The notes under the pieces: generated by a model
Seen by the model: the letters and a program-made list of their open reading frames with translations, nothing else
Told to the model about the DNA's origin: nothing
Database searches by the model: none
Made by a program: the position numbers and the translations under genes
Source: Dehalococcoidia bacterium
Lineage (GTDB): Bacteria; Chloroflexota; Dehalococcoidia; GIF9; AB-539-J10
Assembly: GCA_046497565.1 (NCBI GenBank)
Contig: JAWOFK010000073.1
Span: forward strand, 36,810-100,809
Direction of reading: 5' to 3'
DNA length: 64,000 nt
In this document: positions 60,476 to 64,000 of the stretch, one piece after another
How the letters are laid out: each line of letters starts with the position of its first letter
Position numbering within the stretch: the first letter of the stretch is position 1

Positions 60476-61926
60476 CCGGGGTTTCGACTATGGGAGCAGA
60501 TCCGACGCATTACAGACCACCGACACATGCGAACATAGAACAAATCGACCAGACCGGACGCCGGATACTGGAGCACATCGGCGTCAGGATCAATGACAGC
60601 GCCTTTTTGGACATATTCAGAAAAGCAGGAGCCCGGGTTGATTATGAAGAACAAAGGGTACGATTCGGCGAAGAGTGGCTTGACGAGGTCCTGGGTCGTG
60701 CTCCGTCCCGTGTCACCCTGTATTCCCGAGATGGCAAGAATGACCTGGATTTAGGAAAGGGCAGGGTTCACTTCGCCAACGGGGGGCGGGTCTTCCGTAT
60801 CCTCGATATGAGAACCGGCGGTTACCGCCTGACCATGCTCAGGGATGTGGCGAACACCGCTACCCTGGTGCAACACCTGGACTGTATTCGTTTCTACGTC
60901 ATCGCCTGCCAGGTTCACGATTTGGCACCTCAAAACTACCACCTGAACGACTTCTATCATGCCTTCAACCACACCACCAAGCACGTGATGGGAGGCTGCG
61001 ACAACCTGGAAGGCGTCCGGCAAATGTGGCAACTGGCCAGCTTAATTGCCGGAGGAGAGGATAGACTCAGGGAGAAGCCCTTCGTTTCTGTAATTACCAA
61101 CCCGATAAGCCCCCTCACTATTGAACTGAACACGTTGAACGTTCTCGAGTTTTGCACTACACATGGGATTCCGGTCACCTGCGCGCCGGCACCTATCGCC
61201 GGAGCCACCGCACCAGCCAGTTTAGCCGGTACGCTTGCCCAGATGCATGCCGAAGCGCTGGCCGGGGTGGCCATAACCCAGGTACTGAGTCCGGGAGCCA
61301 GAGTAATCTACAGTGCGGTGCCCATGACCATGGACTTGCGGAGAATGGAATTAGCCGTAGGCTCAGTAGAAATGGCAATGATGAATGCTGCCGCAGTCCA
61401 GCTGGCAAGACGCTACAACCTGCCTGTTTACGTCTCGGGGGGACTTACGGAGGCGAAGAGACCCGATATACAGGCGGGTATTGAAAAAAGCATATCTAAT
61501 TTGATGGTGGCTATGGCTGGCGCAGACTGCGTTCGCCTGGCAGCGGGAATACTGGACTCGGGAAACTCCATTTCCTATGAACAGTATGTCATCGATAACG
61601 AAATCATCGCCATAATCCACAGGCTACTGGCAGGCATCAAGGTTACCGAAAAGACCCTGGGCTTCGATGTAATCGAGAAGGTCGGTCCCGGCGGGAACTA
61701 CGTCATGGAGGACCATACTGTCGAGCATATGATGGACGAGTTCTTCTATCCCGAGCTGAGCGTGCGCTATAACTTCGATGTGTGGGAAGAAAGGGGCCGC
61801 CCCGATATGTTGAGCCGTGCCACTGATGTGGTGCGGAGTATCCTGAGGGAGCACAGAGACGGTATTCTGGACTCAGGCTTGATTGCTGAGATAGTGAAAA
61901 CCTCTCCCGGCATACAGAGTTTCTGA
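60472..61926 (+). CDS. MttB-superfamily methyltransferase, second tandem paralog (non-pyrrolysine)
   Basis: 484 aa, MttB-family conservation; GTG start overlapping the stop of the upstream paralog. Confidence 0.85.
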   Translation: MTGVSTMGADPTHYRPPTHANIEQIDQTGRRILEHIGVRINDSAFLDIFRKAGARVDYEEQRVRFGEEWLDEVLGRAPSRVTLYSRDGKNDLDLGKGRVHFANGGRVFRILDMRTGGYRLTMLRDVANTATLVQHLDCIRFYVIACQVHDLAPQNYHLNDFYHAFNHTTKHVMGGCDNLEGVRQMWQLASLIAGGEDRLREKPFVSVITNPISPLTIELNTLNVLEFCTTHGIPVTCAPAPIAGATAPASLAGTLAQMHAEALAGVAITQVLSPGARVIYSAVPMTMDLRRMELAVGSVEMAMMNAAAVQLARRYNLPVYVSGGLTEAKRPDIQAGIEKSISNLMVAMAGADCVRLAAGILDSGNSISYEQYVIDNEIIAIIHRLLAGIKVTEKTLGFDVIEKVGPGGNYVMEDHTVEHMMDEFFYPELSVRYNFDVWEERGRPDMLSRATDVVRSILREHRDGILDSGLIAEIVKTSPGIQSF

Positions 61927-61927
61927 G

Positions 61928-62524
61928 ATGACAACGTCCAATAGAACCGCAACAATCACACGTATCATCGCTTGTGACGTCTTCAAACCGGCCTTCGATG
62001 CTCTTGAACTGGAGGCCAGATATCCTGACCTGCGTTTTACATATTTGCCATCGCATCTCCACTTGAAACCGCAGGAGTTGAAAACCCGTCTCAAGAAAGC
62101 GATTACATCGGCAAAGAAAAACGACGAACGAATCATTTGTGTTTACGGAGAGTGCTTTCCTGAAATCGAGGATTTTTGCCAGCAAAACGCAGTGTTCAAG
62201 GTGCCGGGACATTACTGTTATGAGATGCTGCTCGGCAAGGAGCGATTCCAGCAGCTTATTAACGAGACGGCGGGAACCTATTTTGTTGAGAAGAATCTCC
62301 TGCTAAACTTCGAGGAATATTGCGTGAGACCCCTGGAACTCAGAGACGAGGAAATGAGGATGTCCTGCTTTGGGCAATATCAAAGACTGCTTTATATACG
62401 ACAACCGGCAGACCCGGACCTTATGCCGCAGGCTGACGAAGTGGCTGAATTCCTGGGGATATCTCTGCGTGTTGGAGACGCAGATTATTCGTACCTGGAA
62501 AAGATACTGGCCGCTCTACTCTAG
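61928..62524 (+). CDS. DUF1638 domain protein
   Basis: 198 aa; family typically encoded in corrinoid-methyltransferase gene clusters; the ATG overlaps the upstream TGA. Confidence 0.7.
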   Translation: MTTSNRTATITRIIACDVFKPAFDALELEARYPDLRFTYLPSHLHLKPQELKTRLKKAITSAKKNDERIICVYGECFPEIEDFCQQNAVFKVPGHYCYEMLLGKERFQQLINETAGTYFVEKNLLLNFEEYCVRPLELRDEEMRMSCFGQYQRLLYIRQPADPDLMPQADEVAEFLGISLRVGDADYSYLEKILAALL

Positions 62525-62645
62525 TGCAGAACATGTGCAGTTCAGAGCTGAAGCCAGTAGAGATTTCACAGATTTGCAGTTTAGTGTATATTGAATTATG
62601 TTGCGTACCGCCAAGCCGGACAATGGCCCGAGCTCTGGAGTGAAC

Positions 62646-64000
62646 ATGAATTCTCCGGTGAAGGAAAGATTGAACAAGAGAAAACGCAGGATAAGATATG
62701 TCTGGCTGCACGTCTTACCAGATGATAAATGGTTTCGTATTCCCCGCGGACAGACTATCTGGGAGGCCTTGCAGTCGACGGAGGTGGAGTTGGCAGGGGA
62801 GTGTGGTGGCCTGGGAAAGTGTGCCAAATGCCGGGTAAAAATCCTCTCCGAAATAGAAGAGCCGTCGGTTGAAGAAAGGGCGTTACTTGATGAAGAGGAA
62901 CTAGAAGAAGGAATGCGCCTTGCCTGCCGCACAAGGGTAAATCGAGACCTGGCAATCTCTACCGGGGAAGCGGAGGACACCACAGAGTATTTCAACATCC
63001 TTACCACCAGCCATATCCCCGCTGACAGATATATACCGCCAGCGCAGCTTGAACCCCTGATAGACAAGCGCCTCGTTACCGTGCCCTTCAGCATTCAGAA
63101 TGAAGGACTATCGGACCTGGACTTGATCAAATTAGGTCTGGGTCCCGAGTACCAGGATCTGAGAGCATCGCTCCATTGCCTGCGCATGCTGCGCCAGAGC
63201 CTGGATGAAAGCCAGTTTCACGGCGTGGCGGTCCTCCATGAACACTGTCTACTGGACTGGCAGGAAGATGAGCGTATAGACAGCAAGTATGGGCTGGTTT
63301 TCGACCTCGGTACCAGCACACTGGTAGGCAAGCTCCTCAGTCTGGTAGACGGAAGCGAGGTCGCTGTCGGTTCCTGCCTCAACAGTCAGAAGCGATATGG
63401 GCCCGACTTGATCAGCCGTCTGCGGTATTGCCAAGAACACCCGAGGGGGGTGAAAACCCTGCAATCTCTCATTCTCAAGGACTTGAATCAGATTACGGCA
63501 AACATGCTAACCACAGCTGGCATCCAGCCAGAGGATATCTTCGTTGCCGTTGCCGCCGGTAACACAACCATGCAGCATCTTCTTCTCGGATTATCGCCCG
63601 CTGGCATCGCGCAAGCGCCCTTCTCTCCCGTTTTGACCGACGGCCTGATTGTTCATGCCGCAGACGTCGGCCTCCAGTTACATCCGGCGGCTCTACTCTA
63701 CACCCTGCCCATGCAATCCGGCTACATCGGCGGGGACCTGCTCAGTTTCATCATCGCTTCCGGGGTTGCCGAACAGCAGGACGAAGTCATACTGGGGGTG
63801 GACCTCGGCACCAACGGAGAAGTTTTCCTCGGCAATGGCGAGAGACTGCTGACGTGCTCAGCAGCGGCTGGTCCTGCTCTGGAGGGAGCGAAAATTACAC
63901 ATGGCATGATAGCCAGGGCAGGAGCTATTGAGGGTGTCAGCCTCGAAGATGGGCACCTGTCTTATCGGGTTGTCGGCAATATCAAGCCGGAAGGAATGTG
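62646..64000 (+). CDS. RamA-like reductive activator of corrinoid proteins (N-terminal 2Fe-2S ferredoxin + ASKHA/DUF4445 domain), 3' end outside window
   Basis: ferredoxin motif …GECGGLGKCAKCRV…LACRTRV…, then ASKHA-fold motifs (…VFDLGTSTLVG…, …GVDLGTNGEV…); open to the window end. Confidence 0.75.
   Translation, partial: MNSPVKERLNKRKRRIRYVWLHVLPDDKWFRIPRGQTIWEALQSTEVELAGECGGLGKCAKCRVKILSEIEEPSVEERALLDEEELEEGMRLACRTRVNRDLAISTGEAEDTTEYFNILTTSHIPADRYIPPAQLEPLIDKRLVTVPFSIQNEGLSDLDLIKLGLGPEYQDLRASLHCLRMLRQSLDESQFHGVAVLHEHCLLDWQEDERIDSKYGLVFDLGTSTLVGKLLSLVDGSEVAVGSCLNSQKRYGPDLISRLRYCQEHPRGVKTLQSLILKDLNQITANMLTTAGIQPEDIFVAVAAGNTTMQHLLLGLSPAGIAQAPFSPVLTDGLIVHAADVGLQLHPAALLYTLPMQSGYIGGDLLSFIIASGVAEQQDEVILGVDLGTNGEVFLGNGERLLTCSAAAGPALEGAKITHGMIARAGAIEGVSLEDGHLSYRVVGNIKPEGM

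Noticed and set aside
59027-61926. In-frame amber (pyrrolysine) codons in the two MttB-family genes
   Set aside because: Both ORFs are uninterrupted over about 480 codons. They are non-Pyl MttB-superfamily members. The in-frame TAG noted between glcD and glcF is therefore not supported by any local evidence of a Pyl system.
1-64000. Search for integrases, transposases, phage structural genes, or att-like direct repeats flanking the PLD-SF3 gene or the tRNA-Ser
   Set aside because: None was recognisable by eye. The tRNA-Ser is 17 kb from the PLD-SF3 gene, with conserved housekeeping genes (valS, coaBC, polA) in between. I therefore do not call a genomic island or mobile element; a computed GC-skew or k-mer analysis would be needed to say more.

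Overview
The window is about 64 kb of a compact, gene-dense prokaryotic chromosome. Its gene content suggests an anaerobe, possibly Chloroflexota/Dehalococcoidia-like, but that is inference only. I found no rRNA, CRISPR array, transposase or integrase.

Main content, in order along the window:
- A QueD fragment, Trm112, a CDF transporter and an MFS transporter.
- A deoxynucleotide cluster: dCMP deaminase, a P-loop kinase, and a dCTP-deaminase-like gene.
- A B12-binding radical SAM enzyme (DUF4070), a phosphohexomutase, and tRNA-Ser(GCU).
- A GreA-family factor with a long N-terminal extension, then ValS, CoaBC and CoaX.
- A tungsten-type aldehyde:ferredoxin oxidoreductase with its ferredoxin, and PolA.
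- A Wood-Ljungdahl methyl-branch fragment: Fhs, FolD and a CooC-like ATPase.
- An inserted gene encoding a PLD-like nuclease fused to an SF3-helicase-like ATPase, followed by a small charged protein.
- A GlcD/GlcF-like FAD/Fe-S oxidase pair separated only by one in-frame TAG.
- Class II FBP aldolase, PFK, an AEC transporter, rubrerythrin, RpoD, a PhoU-domain protein and an HDAC-family enzyme.
- A BFN nuclease flanked by two small lysine-rich ORFs, a truncated macro-domain protein, a SEC-C/TPR protein, OtsA and an ADP-forming acetyl-CoA synthetase.
- An RNA-metabolism cluster: zinc-ribbon protein, RRM protein and DEAD-box helicase.
- A complete corrinoid methyltransferase module: radical SAM, MtrH-like, corrinoid protein, two tandem non-pyrrolysine MttB paralogs, DUF1638 and a RamA-like activator.

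Top candidates for a second look:
- The PLD-nuclease/SF3-ATPase fusion wedged into the C1-metabolism neighbourhood, a possible novel defence or mobile-element initiator protein.
- The amber-interrupted glcD-glcF fusion.
- The hairpin and uORF-rich leader upstream of rubrerythrin, which shares a 16-bp palindrome with a second intergenic site.
- The methyltransferase module, including a radical SAM gene with a C-x4-C-x2-C motif.
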